A stretch of DNA of 64,000 nt from Histomonas meleagridis 2922-C6/04-290x (lineage: Eukaryota; Protista; Parabasalia). The first letter of the stretch is position 1; each line of letters opens with the position of its first letter. The notes under the pieces were generated by a model. It did not search any database, was not told the origin of the DNA, and saw only the letters and a program-made list of their open reading frames with translations. Position numbers and translations under genes: made by a program. This document shows, piece after piece, positions 41,612 through 52,729 of this stretch. The DNA is taken from contig JAANOX010000211.1 of assembly GCA_020184695.1 (NCBI GenBank), positions 1 through 64,000 of the forward strand, given 5' to 3'.

Positions 41612-42673
41612 ATGAGCAAAAAGGCAAATCAAAATACATATGGAAAAATAAATTTATTTAACCTAGTTCCACCGTCTCTAGTGATGCCTCAAATAAACAA
41701 AATACCTCTAGAAATATATGATGAACCACTTCATTTAAAATCGCCAGTCCCAAAGTTTGATATCAATCCAAACATGACTGGTTATTCTGGCGTTCCAATG
41801 ATGTTTACAGCAACACTTACTAACAATAGATTCCAACCTTTTCAAGAAGCCACATTATATGTTTCTGCCAAAATTGGAAGTCGTACACTCTATCAATCAG
41901 AGCCTTTTGTTCCACAAACAGTTAACCCACAAAAGTATATTTTCCATAATTTTTCATTCAAATGTCCAATTCAAGGTACAGTCGAAATCTTTATCCGAGC
42001 AATGTTTAGGTTTGACAACCTACAACACGGTCTCACCGAGACAGTTAAAGTCACAATTAATCCATCGCTTGAAGTAATACTCAATCTTCACCAAGTTAGG
42101 CCAGACAATTTCCTAAATGTTTTTGTCAAAAACTTACTCCCATTCCAGATTCAAAATGTTGCTATACGTCAGCCAAAAGAAGAAGCAGTACCAATATGTG
42201 ATACATTAGAATCTGGAAGTACTCTTTCTACATATATCCAATTAACCAAACAAATCAATGGCATTGAGATTTCATGGAAATTACCCACAATTAAAGACTG
42301 TAAACAAAGTTATTCTGTAAATAAGATTAATGAAGAAACACCAAATATCATTGCAATATCATTCGAGGAAATACCCAGGATGATTCCTGTGTTAAAGCCG
42401 TTCAAAGTTGGTATAAGAATGGAAAATAAGACAGATAGAGAATTGGTAGGATTTGGAGAATTTGAAAGAGAACAAACAATTGGAATTCTTGGAAGGTCTG
42501 ACTTTCAACTTAATTTTGGCCCAAATGAAAGTAAATTAGTTGAACTTGATTTAATTGCACATTCACAAGGAAACTTCTTAATACCACCAATCGATTTCAC
42601 ATTTCAAGGTCAAGATAAATTTAGAGTTATTCCAAATGATGGAGTAATAATTGTTGGTTATGATCAAGAATAA
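41612..42673 (+). CDS. TRAPPC13/Trs65-like Ig-fold protein (tentative)
   Basis: Resembles TRAPPC13 by eye: PSL...GYSGVPMMFTATLTN at the N-terminus and IPRMIPVLKPFKVGIRMENKTDREL...FGPNESKLVELDLIAHSQG at the C-terminus. First in-frame ATG at 41612. Confidence 0.5.
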   Translation: MSKKANQNTYGKINLFNLVPPSLVMPQINKIPLEIYDEPLHLKSPVPKFDINPNMTGYSGVPMMFTATLTNNRFQPFQEATLYVSAKIGSRTLYQSEPFVPQTVNPQKYIFHNFSFKCPIQGTVEIFIRAMFRFDNLQHGLTETVKVTINPSLEVILNLHQVRPDNFLNVFVKNLLPFQIQNVAIRQPKEEAVPICDTLESGSTLSTYIQLTKQINGIEISWKLPTIKDCKQSYSVNKINEETPNIIAISFEEIPRMIPVLKPFKVGIRMENKTDRELVGFGEFEREQTIGILGRSDFQLNFGPNESKLVELDLIAHSQGNFLIPPIDFTFQGQDKFRVIPNDGVIIVGYDQE

Positions 42674-42761
42674 AAATTCATTTTGGAGAATGATGTTTTT
42701 TCACATCACATTTCGTGGTTAAAAAATAAAAACTAAAAAGAAAACATTTTTTATTATTCAC

Positions 42762-43355
42762 TTAACAATTACAATTGTTTGGTTCTGCATTGTTTGGCAT
42801 ATCGACTTTTTGTTGTATCTGTTTATCTTGTTTTTCTGCAATTTGTGCGGCAGCTAGATTGAATATTTCAGTAATGCCTTGTCCAGAAAGTGCACTCACT
42901 TCTAAAAACGTGGCTTTTATTTGTTGTGCGCATTTCTCACCTTCTTCAGAAGAAATTTTCCGAGAATCAGCTTTATCAATCTTATTTGCAACTAAAAATA
43001 AAGCAAGGTTTTCTGGCGCTAAAACACTTTGTAAGCTTTCAACGTAGATTTTTACATTTTCGAAAGATTTTGAATCGTCAATTGCATAAACTATAAAAGC
43101 AGCTTGAGAGCCTCGATAAAACATTGGAACAATGGAACGATATTTTTCATCACCTGCCGTGTCCCATATTTGCAAACGAACTGTGATACTGTCTACTTTA
43201 ATTACTTTCATGGAATAATTTGAAGATAATGTTGGAATTATAGATTCTTTAAATTCATCATTTACAAAGCGATTAATAATGCTGGTTTTCCCAACATTGG
43301 AATCGCCGACTAGAATTAATTTTGCCTCCATTTCTTGTGTCATTATGTTTTGCAT
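42762..43355 (-). CDS. Rab-family small GTPase (divergent)
   Basis: GDSNVGKTS, WDTAGDE, ANKID, EVSA and a C-terminal CNC (CxC) motif. Confidence 0.92.
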   Translation of the reverse strand: MQNIMTQEMEAKLILVGDSNVGKTSIINRFVNDEFKESIIPTLSSNYSMKVIKVDSITVRLQIWDTAGDEKYRSIVPMFYRGSQAAFIVYAIDDSKSFENVKIYVESLQSVLAPENLALFLVANKIDKADSRKISSEEGEKCAQQIKATFLEVSALSGQGITEIFNLAAAQIAEKQDKQIQQKVDMPNNAEPNNCNC

Positions 43356-43805
43356 CAGCCATAGGCGGTTATTTTATTAAAATCTTTCAAATTCTCTTTA
43401 CATTTTTAGGGTGGTACAAATTGTTACGATAATTTTTTGATCATTTTGTTATCATTCCCATAATCAAATTATATTTTAATAACCAAAAATAATTTTTTTC
43501 TGCTATTACTTATTGATCTTAACTTACAAATTATATGATAATTTTAATCAATCAATGATAAATTAGATAAGTTGATAAAAAAAAAATATAGCTTTTTCAT
43601 TACCTTTATAAATTTCACAAAAAAAAAGTAAAAGTTTCTCATATAGATGGATTTTCTAATATAATTATATGCTTCATAATCTGATCAAAATTCTTGACAT
43701 TTTTTTTCAACTGTCAAATTCTTCGAACGTTTGTTTTTGACTATGTTTGTTTGGTTCAATTTTTTCCAAAAATTTAAAAGTGCTGCTGCCAAAAATTTTT
43801 TGGAA

Positions 43806-44780
43806 ATGCTTTCTCTTTATAGGCGAATGATTTTTGCCAAAGACACTCAAACTCTTGAACAAATAGCTACTGATGCAGCTGAGTATTATCGAAAAAGAAT
43901 GCAACGTAATCGACCTGGAATGACAAATGTTGATCCTTGTTCCCATATTGTTTCATATCTTGAGGTTAATGGAATTTTGCTTAACATATCCAACCGTCGC
44001 CCACCATTTTCTCGTTTTGATCCAATAATTTTATCACTTGAATTACCAATTTCCATGTTTTTCTTGGAATCCAATTCTATGCGCTTAATGACATCATCAA
44101 CGTTACTTATGAACAGTCTTCCATTTGGGCAACAATTTAACAAATTTTTTGATCATATTGGTGTTCCTCAAAATTACATCAACTCTTCAATTCTCGGACT
44201 TTATTCTGCAGGCTTTGTTTATCTCCAACAACGTAAGATCAACAATCCTGAGCCACTTTCACCACTTACATTTGTTACACGTTCCATATCAATCTTTGGT
44301 CTCTTTACATTTGGTGACTTTCTTACCTCCAAACTTCATCAATTGCTTCCATTTCTTCCAGAGTGGGTTCTTACAGCTGTTACATCACGAGTTATATCTG
44401 ATGCCGCGGAATACATTAGTCGCATTGGTATATATGAAACGATTTCTTACTTAGTGGAAAACGTTTTTGCGTTTTTCAGCTACTTAATGTCGCCAACATT
44501 ACCACAGCTTCCAATCGAAGTCGACGTGCCCAATTCGCTTGCGTGCCCAATATGCCACGAGCTACTCACAGACCCCAAAGAGTTACTCGGATTCTTCTTC
44601 TGCGCGAACTGCCTCGATAACTGGCTAAGTAACCACAGCAAGCACCCGTACACTGGCGAAGATGTGCAAATTGGAATGTCGCAGCACTCAATGATAATGA
44701 ACCAAATTGCTCGAAAATGGCAAAAGCTGACATTAGAAAGACTGAAAGAAGAAGAACAACAACAACAACAAAATCAATAA
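43806..44780 (+). CDS. Membrane protein with a C-terminal degenerate RING/U-box domain
   Basis: CPICHELLTDP...GFFFCANCLDNWL...HPYTG with hydrophobic segments upstream. Start uncertain (ATG at 43743 or 43806). Confidence 0.7.
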   Translation: MLSLYRRMIFAKDTQTLEQIATDAAEYYRKRMQRNRPGMTNVDPCSHIVSYLEVNGILLNISNRRPPFSRFDPIILSLELPISMFFLESNSMRLMTSSTLLMNSLPFGQQFNKFFDHIGVPQNYINSSILGLYSAGFVYLQQRKINNPEPLSPLTFVTRSISIFGLFTFGDFLTSKLHQLLPFLPEWVLTAVTSRVISDAAEYISRIGIYETISYLVENVFAFFSYLMSPTLPQLPIEVDVPNSLACPICHELLTDPKELLGFFFCANCLDNWLSNHSKHPYTGEDVQIGMSQHSMIMNQIARKWQKLTLERLKEEEQQQQQNQ

Positions 44781-45249
44781 AAAAACTGTGTGATTAAAAA
44801 TATGTTCTCATTTTGATTTTGTTAATATAAATTAATTTTACAAAACTATTTATTCGATTTTTGTTTTTTGTTGACATTATAAAGAATAACATTTATGATC
44901 AATTTTTTTCCCGACATTCAATACTTCATATTAATTTGAAGAAATTTGTCTATTTGAAATTGAATAATTTTTGTTTCATTTTCAAATATATACTAATTAC
45001 GGTTTCGGTGCAATTTTTATAAATTGCTCTTTACTGATATAAATTTTTGATTTTTTTTAACTTTAATGTATAAAATATATAATTGCATACATTGTGTGGT
45101 CAAGTAACTTATTGCTATTATTAGTCACAAAAATTAATCCCAAAAAACTCAAAAAAATGATGGCTAATTTTAATATAACATTAAACATTGTAACTTCATT
45201 CAAAACAGCCTATATCAAATAATAGTAAAATATATAAATTTAATTTTTT

Positions 45250-45812
45250 GATTATTCTTCGTTCTCTAAATTTTGTTATTTCGTTCTACTTTTCAGGTGT
45301 ACCATATAATTAATGTATATCTTCGTCATATCTACATCTAATTCGATGTCATTATCATTTAAACTTTGAGTTTCATCCTCTTTATTATTTCTACGTCTTA
45401 AACTCTTATCAACCTCTTCATGCAATACGTAAAACTTTCTCTATGCCAAACATTGATATACACTTATCAATGAACTTTGATTTCCCAATTTGTCTTTTTA
45501 ATAGAGTTAATTCCAAGTATTATCACATTACCAAATTGTGAAGATTTAAAAAATTTCGGTAATTGAGAAATCAATGCTTTCAAAAAATATAAAACACTGC
45601 GAAATGCTTGGAGATGGGATTTACATCCTGCGATGTTTTTGTGCAATTGTTTATTTCATTAAAAGTATCAATTCTTTAAAATTAGAATACAAGTGAACAA
45701 AGGATTCATTGAAATGCTGTATGATGGAGCGATTGCGAACAGAATTATATAGTTTGAAAGTATTCTATTTAATGTCTCAATGATTTCTGTTGTAACAGTT
45801 TCAACATTTACC
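45250..45812 (-). pseudogene. Possible decayed coding fragment
   Basis: Short protein-like stretches in alternating minus frames (e.g. EEVDKSLRRRNNKEDETQSLNDNDIELD), broken by stops and frameshifts. Confidence 0.25.
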
Positions 45813-46028
45813 AATAAAAAAATGTTACATAAATTGTAAATTTATTTTTATTGATTTTTATTACAATTTTTTTAATTCTTATATTTAAAAAAATTTAATA
45901 TTCATTTTATTATATAAATTTTTATAATTATAATTCGACATCTATTTCTTCAACGTTTTGAGTTTCTTCTTTTCTTATCGAACATTTTCATATATAAATA
46001 TAACAAAAGTAAATTTTTATTAATTAAT

Positions 46029-49000
46029 TCATTGTCTTCCATATTGGTTTGATCTATATCTTTCTTCATTTTCTTCTCTTTCTTCTTTTTCAGTTTTCGC
46101 TCTTTTCAATGAGTGTGGTCTTAATTCGTCATTTGATGGCAAAGCGAATTTATTAGATTTCCAATCGTTAATAATATGTTCCAAGTTATAATAATTTCTA
46201 TGTCTATACCTATAAGCGTTTGGTGTAATTCTAATTGGTTCAGGTATTTGTCTTCCTTGTTTATCCAACCATAAGAATATGATACAATTACTTACTTCTG
46301 GGTTATTAGGGTTAACAGTTAATCTATAAGCAGCAGCTTTTGGATTTTGATGTCTTTCACTTGTAATTGCAGCTACTGCAGTATCATAATTTTCGATCCA
46401 TTTCCTATGTTTCATCGCTGCTTGAACCTTTTCATTAATTTTATGTACAAAGTTCCAATTAATTTCTTCAAGATCTTCGAAACACATATCTTCTATCCAT
46501 AATTGACCGCCAATCATTAATTCATTATTCGACTTCTTTTCTCGTTCAACAATATCATAATTAGCTATTACATCTCCTGGGAACTTAATCATTAATGTAA
46601 TATGATCAGTACCTTTACTTGAAGGTCGAAAGATGAATTTACCCACAGGCATACTTAACAAATATCGAACTGCTTCATCATTTGTTATATTCATAAAGTT
46701 TTCATCATTAATAATACGTGGTTGAATAGGATTAGGTCGTTCACGTTTACGTCTTTCTGCTTCAATTTGTGCAAATCGTTCGCCTTCTAAATCAAAGTCT
46801 TCTTCAATATCTTGTTTAATTCGATCATAACTTTGCATTTGTATTATATCGGCTGGATCAAATGAGATATCAATTGTCATTTGTTGTTTGTTTATATGTA
46901 ATATTGCTGCATTTTGTAATGTCTTTTCATCTGTTTCTCGAATTGGAAAATCAGGTGTATTAATATCATGTTGTGCATTAGCTATTAAACCTGTCGAATG
47001 AATAGCAGTGATTATTATAAGTCGATCTTTGAAGAAAACTTTACGGATCTTAAAGTCACAACAAGAATTTTCTTTTAATGTTTCATCATTAACTAAAAAG
47101 TCAAATAATTCTTCATCATCTAATGGACAATAAAAGTTGTCCTTCATATAACATATTTTATCTCTCCATTCTCGATAATATCGTAATGATTCATATTGTC
47201 CTGTAAGTTTATTATCAACAGATGGATCATAAATTGGATATAACTTATTTCGATCTCTCTTTTGAAAACGTAATGATTCAAATGGACCAATAGATAATTC
47301 ACTAATAATAAATTCATATAAATGATGTTCATCTTCAGGGATTTTATTTTCTTCATAAAATTCATTGATTTTTTCCTTGGTCATTGTGTCTTGAGTTTGT
47401 TCTCTATAAAAATTCTGAATATCAATGTTTTCTAATCGATTTTCTTCAAATTGTTTTCCAAGTAAAAAGTTAATTAAATTCTTCGCTTTATCATAATAAT
47501 CTGGATGTATTAATGTACCATCTAAGAATTCAATTGTTTCATCTGTAGTTTCTTCTTTATCTTTCTTCTTACTTCTTTCTGATTCATGACTTATTTCATG
47601 CGCTGGAATTCTTAAAAATGAAATAGCATTTTTATAAACATTTTGTTGATGTTCTAATATCTTATAGATTTGAAGTCTGTTACTAATATTTGATGACGAT
47701 GATTTGACAGTAGAATTTAATATGAATTCAGCATAGATAGGGCCAAATCCAGGTATGAATTGTAATGGTCCTCGATGATGTGGTGATATAAGTAATGATA
47801 AATCAATACCTGTAAGTGCTACTGCTCGTAAACATGCCTTTTCACATGCTTCATGTATAACTCCATTTTCTACACCTTTTTCGATAAAACGTGATTGGAA
47901 TGGATGATATGATAAGTCAACTAAAAAGTTATGTTGTGGTGATGCTAATCGTGTAAGTTCTGATAATGGATTTTGTACTCGACGTGCTGTAGATGCTGCT
48001 ATTAATACTAAATCATGAACTGGCCGTTGTTGTGAAAGTTCATGTCTTTCAATAGATGATAATTCAGATCGTGCATATATAATAGCTGCATCAGATGGAG
48101 CAAATATGATTGGTATTGTTGTTTCTTTTTGGATGTTATATAAAAATCGTCGTATGAATTTATATAATAATAATGACTTCAATGATGTTGCACAAATAAC
48201 TATTAATTCTGGTGGTGAGGAACTTTTGAAAATTCGTCGAAATTCTGTCTCAGCATCTTGCGCTGATTTGTTAGCTATTGTAGCTTTTTCTTCTTCTGTT
48301 GGATTTTCTTTAGATTGAAGTGCTGCTGACATAAAGACAAACCATGATTCAACATGACCATTAGGACTTACATGTGCCATGCCAATATCTTTAGGATAAT
48401 CTGGATGATAACAATAGGAAAGTATGGAACATGTTTGAAGTGAAAGATCATCGGCCGATGAACGTTTAGTGTACGGGGGAGCCGTTAAGTATGAGTATAA
48501 ACGTTCTTCAACACAATTTTGTACAAAAGTGGCAGACTTTGTGAAAAGGTCCGAACGAGCTTCATCAATCATTTGGGGCCAAATTTCTTCATAAAAGGCT
48601 TGCCTTAAAATCTCTTCACGAACAGGATCCCAAAGAGATGAATATTGAGCGACATATTCATGTTTAAGACTTTCAAAGAAATTATCAATTCCGCCATTAA
48701 TGATGTCAAATTTGACCTTTAAGAGTCCTCTTCTTTCAGCTTCTTCAATGATGAGCCACTTATCCGAACTTTCGAAAGATACTGTTAATTTATTTTTGAT
48801 TCTTTTAACAATGCCATATTTCCCATATGGTAACATCAACGGTGATTCTTCACCTGTCTCTGTTGGTTCTGTACTAACTGTAATTAGAGGTCGGATAATT
48901 TCACGAATCGAATTTAATAAGAATGGATTTGTTGAAAGATCTTTTGAGGCAAATTGAACCAAATGTTTCTTAAGGATTTCCTTTGCCTTTACTTCACGTT

Positions 49001-50162
49001 CAGCTTCACTCAAATCATTGCCTGCTTGTAAGTTACAAGATTCTTGATAATCTGGATTTTCTTCGAAAAACTGAGAAAAGCGAATATCGGGCGGATGAAG
49101 AGGTTCTGGTGGATCTGAGACTCCAAGATCTGCAGCAGTGCTCTTTTCATCATTATCAAGTTTCATTGCAAGGGCCGATGGATTCAATAGAAATTCATCG
49201 GTGAACTTCCCAAAAAGTTCAGACCTTTTGTGGAAAAGTGCGTTTTCTTTGACTGGATTTTCATTGTGAATTTGGATATACGTTCGAAAGTCTTTGAATG
49301 CTAATGCATTATCTGCGCATTTAAGAATGTTGTTCATAAAATCATAATATTTCTCATCTTTATACTTAGCAATTTGTTCCATGGCAGATTTGATGATATT
49401 ACCACGGTCTTTAAGAATCCATTCGTACTTTTTACAGGCAGTCTGTATCTTATAAATATCATCAAGATCAAAAATCGAATCAGGCTTGACATATAAGTCA
49501 GGAAGACAATTTTTGACATGTTGTGGGGTCAAAACTGCATTATTTTGTTTGAAAACTGCCAATAAAAGATTATTTAAAATTTGTATTTGGGTTTTGGCAA
49601 GTTCTGATTCTTCGTCCATGTCATCTGCATACTGGTCATCAGGAATTCTTGCTTTGAAGTAGTTAGTAATAATCCATTGGGAAAGAATATTTTGTTTTAA
49701 AATAGCTGATTTGAAATGACAGCGATCACACTCTCTTTCGAACACATCAGGTAAAGGTTCATTTGAGGCTGTATCAATTGATAGTGCACGAAGTTGTCTG
49801 GTTTTACCTTCGACAACATTTTGCATCGTTGGAAATAGCTTCCATGCATTAGAAAGATCTTTTTCATCATGTCTAGTAGAAGCAGCACTGACTCGATGGT
49901 GAATAATTTCAATACTATTTCCATCTTCATCAACGACAAAATCCATTTGTTCTTTATATTCGGAATTTTTCCCGTAAGCTCCTTCGTCAGACGAGTCATT
50001 CTGTTCAAGTTCGGAATCTGAATTAGATTCAGATAAATTATTTAAATTAGAAATACGACGGAGTTTTGCGCCGCTTTTTGATTTATAAAGATCTTGGATA
50101 ACTTCATTGTCGCCATCTGAAAGTTCTTCTGATGAGTCGCTAAAGTTTCGCCCAGATGACAT
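46029..50162 (-). CDS. SPT6: Transcription elongation factor Spt6
   Basis: Acidic N-terminus, YqgF/HhH-like core (LQFIPGFGP..AE, VYKNAISFLRI, LDGTLIHPDYY) and a C-terminal SH2-like region (GKFIFRPSSKGTDHITLMIKF). Confidence 0.9.
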   Translation of the reverse strand: MSSGRNFSDSSEELSDGDNEVIQDLYKSKSGAKLRRISNLNNLSESNSDSELEQNDSSDEGAYGKNSEYKEQMDFVVDEDGNSIEIIHHRVSAASTRHDEKDLSNAWKLFPTMQNVVEGKTRQLRALSIDTASNEPLPDVFERECDRCHFKSAILKQNILSQWIITNYFKARIPDDQYADDMDEESELAKTQIQILNNLLLAVFKQNNAVLTPQHVKNCLPDLYVKPDSIFDLDDIYKIQTACKKYEWILKDRGNIIKSAMEQIAKYKDEKYYDFMNNILKCADNALAFKDFRTYIQIHNENPVKENALFHKRSELFGKFTDEFLLNPSALAMKLDNDEKSTAADLGVSDPPEPLHPPDIRFSQFFEENPDYQESCNLQAGNDLSEAEREVKAKEILKKHLVQFASKDLSTNPFLLNSIREIIRPLITVSTEPTETGEESPLMLPYGKYGIVKRIKNKLTVSFESSDKWLIIEEAERRGLLKVKFDIINGGIDNFFESLKHEYVAQYSSLWDPVREEILRQAFYEEIWPQMIDEARSDLFTKSATFVQNCVEERLYSYLTAPPYTKRSSADDLSLQTCSILSYCYHPDYPKDIGMAHVSPNGHVESWFVFMSAALQSKENPTEEEKATIANKSAQDAETEFRRIFKSSSPPELIVICATSLKSLLLYKFIRRFLYNIQKETTIPIIFAPSDAAIIYARSELSSIERHELSQQRPVHDLVLIAASTARRVQNPLSELTRLASPQHNFLVDLSYHPFQSRFIEKGVENGVIHEACEKACLRAVALTGIDLSLLISPHHRGPLQFIPGFGPIYAEFILNSTVKSSSSNISNRLQIYKILEHQQNVYKNAISFLRIPAHEISHESERSKKKDKEETTDETIEFLDGTLIHPDYYDKAKNLINFLLGKQFEENRLENIDIQNFYREQTQDTMTKEKINEFYEENKIPEDEHHLYEFIISELSIGPFESLRFQKRDRNKLYPIYDPSVDNKLTGQYESLRYYREWRDKICYMKDNFYCPLDDEELFDFLVNDETLKENSCCDFKIRKVFFKDRLIIITAIHSTGLIANAQHDINTPDFPIRETDEKTLQNAAILHINKQQMTIDISFDPADIIQMQSYDRIKQDIEEDFDLEGERFAQIEAERRKRERPNPIQPRIINDENFMNITNDEAVRYLLSMPVGKFIFRPSSKGTDHITLMIKFPGDVIANYDIVEREKKSNNELMIGGQLWIEDMCFEDLEEINWNFVHKINEKVQAAMKHRKWIENYDTAVAAITSERHQNPKAAAYRLTVNPNNPEVSNCIIFLWLDKQGRQIPEPIRITPNAYRYRHRNYYNLEHIINDWKSNKFALPSNDELRPHSLKRAKTEKEEREENEERYRSNQYGRQ

Positions 50163-50364
50163 TTATGATTTTGACCAAAGAATGGCCTCGACCGTTAATT
50201 TAAGGCTTAAATTGGAATTTTGCTCCACTTTTTGATAAAAATGAATTAATGACATGAAAAACACAACTTTTAAAAAGAAATAAAATATGTCATACGTTAT
50301 GAACAAAAAATTATTATTTTTTTATTAAATTTGTTTATAAAGAAATAACCAATTTTCATAATAT

Positions 50365-51270
50365 CTAATTTTTTCTTCCTTTGATTGCAATTGCAGACAC
50401 GGTTTTCGGCAGTTGCTGAAAAGTTGATATCAATCTTCCAGCTTCATAATCCCATATACGACAAAACCCTTCACCATCACCTGAGCAAAGCTTTGATGAA
50501 TCAGGTGTGAAGGCAATATCCCAAACCCATTCATCAGTTTCGCATGCAACAAGATTTTGCCTTAGATCACCATTCTGAGCATTGTATATCTTTATCATAC
50601 CGTTTGAGCCAGATGTAGCGAAATATTCGCAATCTGGTGAAATTGCACATCTTAATTGAACATCACTAAATGCTTGTAATTTATAGTATTCTGTGAACTC
50701 AGAGTCTTTAATATCGTATCTAAGTGTGATACCGTTCATATAAGATGCAATAAAAAATTCATTATTTGATGATAATGAAATTGACCGAACAGGAGAATTA
50801 CTTGCACTTTTCTTTAAGATTTCTTTCGAGTTTCGTATGTCCCATAGACTAATATTTCCTAATTCACTTCCTGTTATAACATGATTTCCATCCGAAAGAA
50901 CAACCATTGTATTTAATGGTTCTGTACCAGTCACTATTTTCTGTGAGCGTATGGTTTTTCTATCCCAAATTTTGATTGTTTTGTCTTCGCCACAACTAAA
51001 AAGATTAAGTTCGGATAGGCAAAGATCTGTTACATTACTTTCATGAGCAACAGAACAAAATGACTGTTTCCCCTCATTCGAATTTATGTCATATTCAAAT
51101 ATGTATGAATATGTTGCAACAAAGAAATTATTATCGTCTGTAATTATTCTATTTGCTTGAGAATTCGATATATCAAAACTTCGAAGGTAACTACCCGTTA
51201 AGGTATCAAGAACATGGATTTGCAAATCATAAGATGCTGCTAAAAGAAGAGGAGAATCCGAGCGCCTCAT
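50365..51270 (-). CDS. LST8: TOR complex subunit LST8 (WD40)
   Basis: LLLAASYDLQIHVL..TG...SQANRI, HESNVT, GEDKTIKIWD and WVWDIAFTPDS follow the LST8 pattern; 301 aa. Confidence 0.8.
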   Translation of the reverse strand: MRRSDSPLLLAASYDLQIHVLDTLTGSYLRSFDISNSQANRIITDDNNFFVATYSYIFEYDINSNEGKQSFCSVAHESNVTDLCLSELNLFSCGEDKTIKIWDRKTIRSQKIVTGTEPLNTMVVLSDGNHVITGSELGNISLWDIRNSKEILKKSASNSPVRSISLSSNNEFFIASYMNGITLRYDIKDSEFTEYYKLQAFSDVQLRCAISPDCEYFATSGSNGMIKIYNAQNGDLRQNLVACETDEWVWDIAFTPDSSKLCSGDGEGFCRIWDYEAGRLISTFQQLPKTVSAIAIKGRKN

Positions 51271-51303
51271 TTCAAATTTTTGCGTTTTCTATGTTTTATT
51301 TAA

Positions 51304-51311
51304 AGCGGTTT
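51304..51311 (+). promoter_or_regulatory. M3-like core promoter motif AGCGGTTT in the 51-bp LST8/actin-like bidirectional gap
   Basis: Matches the T. vaginalis M3 consensus DRCSGYTD. Similar matches occur near starts at 15591-15598, 22742-22749, 25717-25724 and 43364-43371. Confidence 0.4.
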
Positions 51312-51321
51312 TAAACGTTAG

Positions 51322-52437
51322 ATGGATGTTCCAATTGTTATTGATAATGGAATAGGTTTTACGAAGGCAGGATTTGCAAATAAAGAAGCACCTAAAACAA
51401 TTTTCCCATCAGTTGTTGGAATTCCAAAATCAACGCAACAAATGATTGGTGGGCAAAATAAGGATTTTTTTGTCGGAACTGAAGCACTTAATAAATCCGA
51501 TCTTCTTAACCTATGTCATCCTGTTGAAAATGAAAGCGTTATAAATTGGGATGATATGGTCAAACTTTGGCATCATTGTTTTTATGATGAACTTATCACA
51601 GATCCTGAAGAACACTCTGTTATTCTTTCCGAAAAGCCACTTAGTCCACGCACAAATCGAGAAAAAATGATACAAATTATGTTTGAAACATTTAATGTCA
51701 GGGGATTTTATGTTGGTGTTCAAGCAGTTTTCACACTTTTTAGTCTTGGCAAAACCACGGGAATTGTTTGGGATGCTGGAGAAGGTTATAGTTATTCAGT
51801 ACCAATCTATGAATCATTTCCTCTTCCTCATGCCATTCTTCATAATTCCATTTCTGGCTTTGATCTTACAAATCTCCTTCGCCAGATGCTTATTAATAAT
51901 GGATGTGATGAATCTATTCTTAAACCATCTGCAATTCGTTCAATGAAAGAACACATTTGTTCTGTTTCATACGATTTCCAAACCGACATTCAAAAAGCCG
52001 AGAAAGTGAAATCACCCAGGGAATCCTATCGTCTTCCTGATGGAACAGTTACATATGGAACAGAAGCAATTCGTTGTCCTGAAGCACTTTTTACCCCATC
52101 CATTGCAAACTCACAATCTAATGGCGTTCATCAAATGATTCATACGTCACTTGATAGATGTGATATGGATGTAAGAAAAGAAATGTATTCAAATATTGTT
52201 CTAAGTGGAGGAACATCAATGTTTAAAGGACTTCCAGAAAGAATGGAAAAGGAAATTATAGCACTTGCTACACCTTCAATGAAAGTCAGAGTATTTGCAA
52301 CGCCAGAAAGAAAGAATTCTGTTTGGATTGGAGGATCTGTATTTGGATCAATGGATGCATTCCCACAATTAATGATCAGTAAGGCGGAATATGAAGAAGA
52401 GGGAACACAGATTGTGCATATAAAATATTTCAACTAA
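51322..52437 (+). CDS. Divergent actin / actin-related protein
   Basis: IVIDNGIGFTKAGFA, NWDDMVKLWHH, QIMFETFNV, IVLSGGTSMFKG and VWIGGS; 371 aa. Confidence 0.9.
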   Translation: MDVPIVIDNGIGFTKAGFANKEAPKTIFPSVVGIPKSTQQMIGGQNKDFFVGTEALNKSDLLNLCHPVENESVINWDDMVKLWHHCFYDELITDPEEHSVILSEKPLSPRTNREKMIQIMFETFNVRGFYVGVQAVFTLFSLGKTTGIVWDAGEGYSYSVPIYESFPLPHAILHNSISGFDLTNLLRQMLINNGCDESILKPSAIRSMKEHICSVSYDFQTDIQKAEKVKSPRESYRLPDGTVTYGTEAIRCPEALFTPSIANSQSNGVHQMIHTSLDRCDMDVRKEMYSNIVLSGGTSMFKGLPERMEKEIIALATPSMKVRVFATPERKNSVWIGGSVFGSMDAFPQLMISKAEYEEEGTQIVHIKYFN

Positions 52438-52692
52438 TCAAAATAAAATGTTGATTAATATTTAAATTGAAATTCGTGATTACAAATTTCCTTTTTGATA
52501 TGATTTTTAGCAATTTGTTTATTATTTTTTTGTAGCTGCTGTTAGATAAATATATCTGAATTTATAGCAAGTACTAAATATAATGAATAAATGACTCAAA
52601 CACGTCTCTTACAAATCATATATGATAGCACTCAAAAAAAAATTATATTGATATCCAAATTGCTTCATTTAACGTTAACTATGTCAAAAAAT

Positions 52693-52695
<3 letters not shown>

Positions 52696-52727
<32 letters not shown>
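52696..52727. repeat. (AT)16 microsatellite
   Basis: Directly visible. Confidence 0.9.

Positions 52728-52729
<2 letters not shown>

Noticed and set aside
43407-43414. Third TAGGGTGG terminal-repeat-like octamer
   Set aside because: No matching CCACCCTA end or target duplication nearby, and only weak similarity to the MITE ends; at best a solo remnant.
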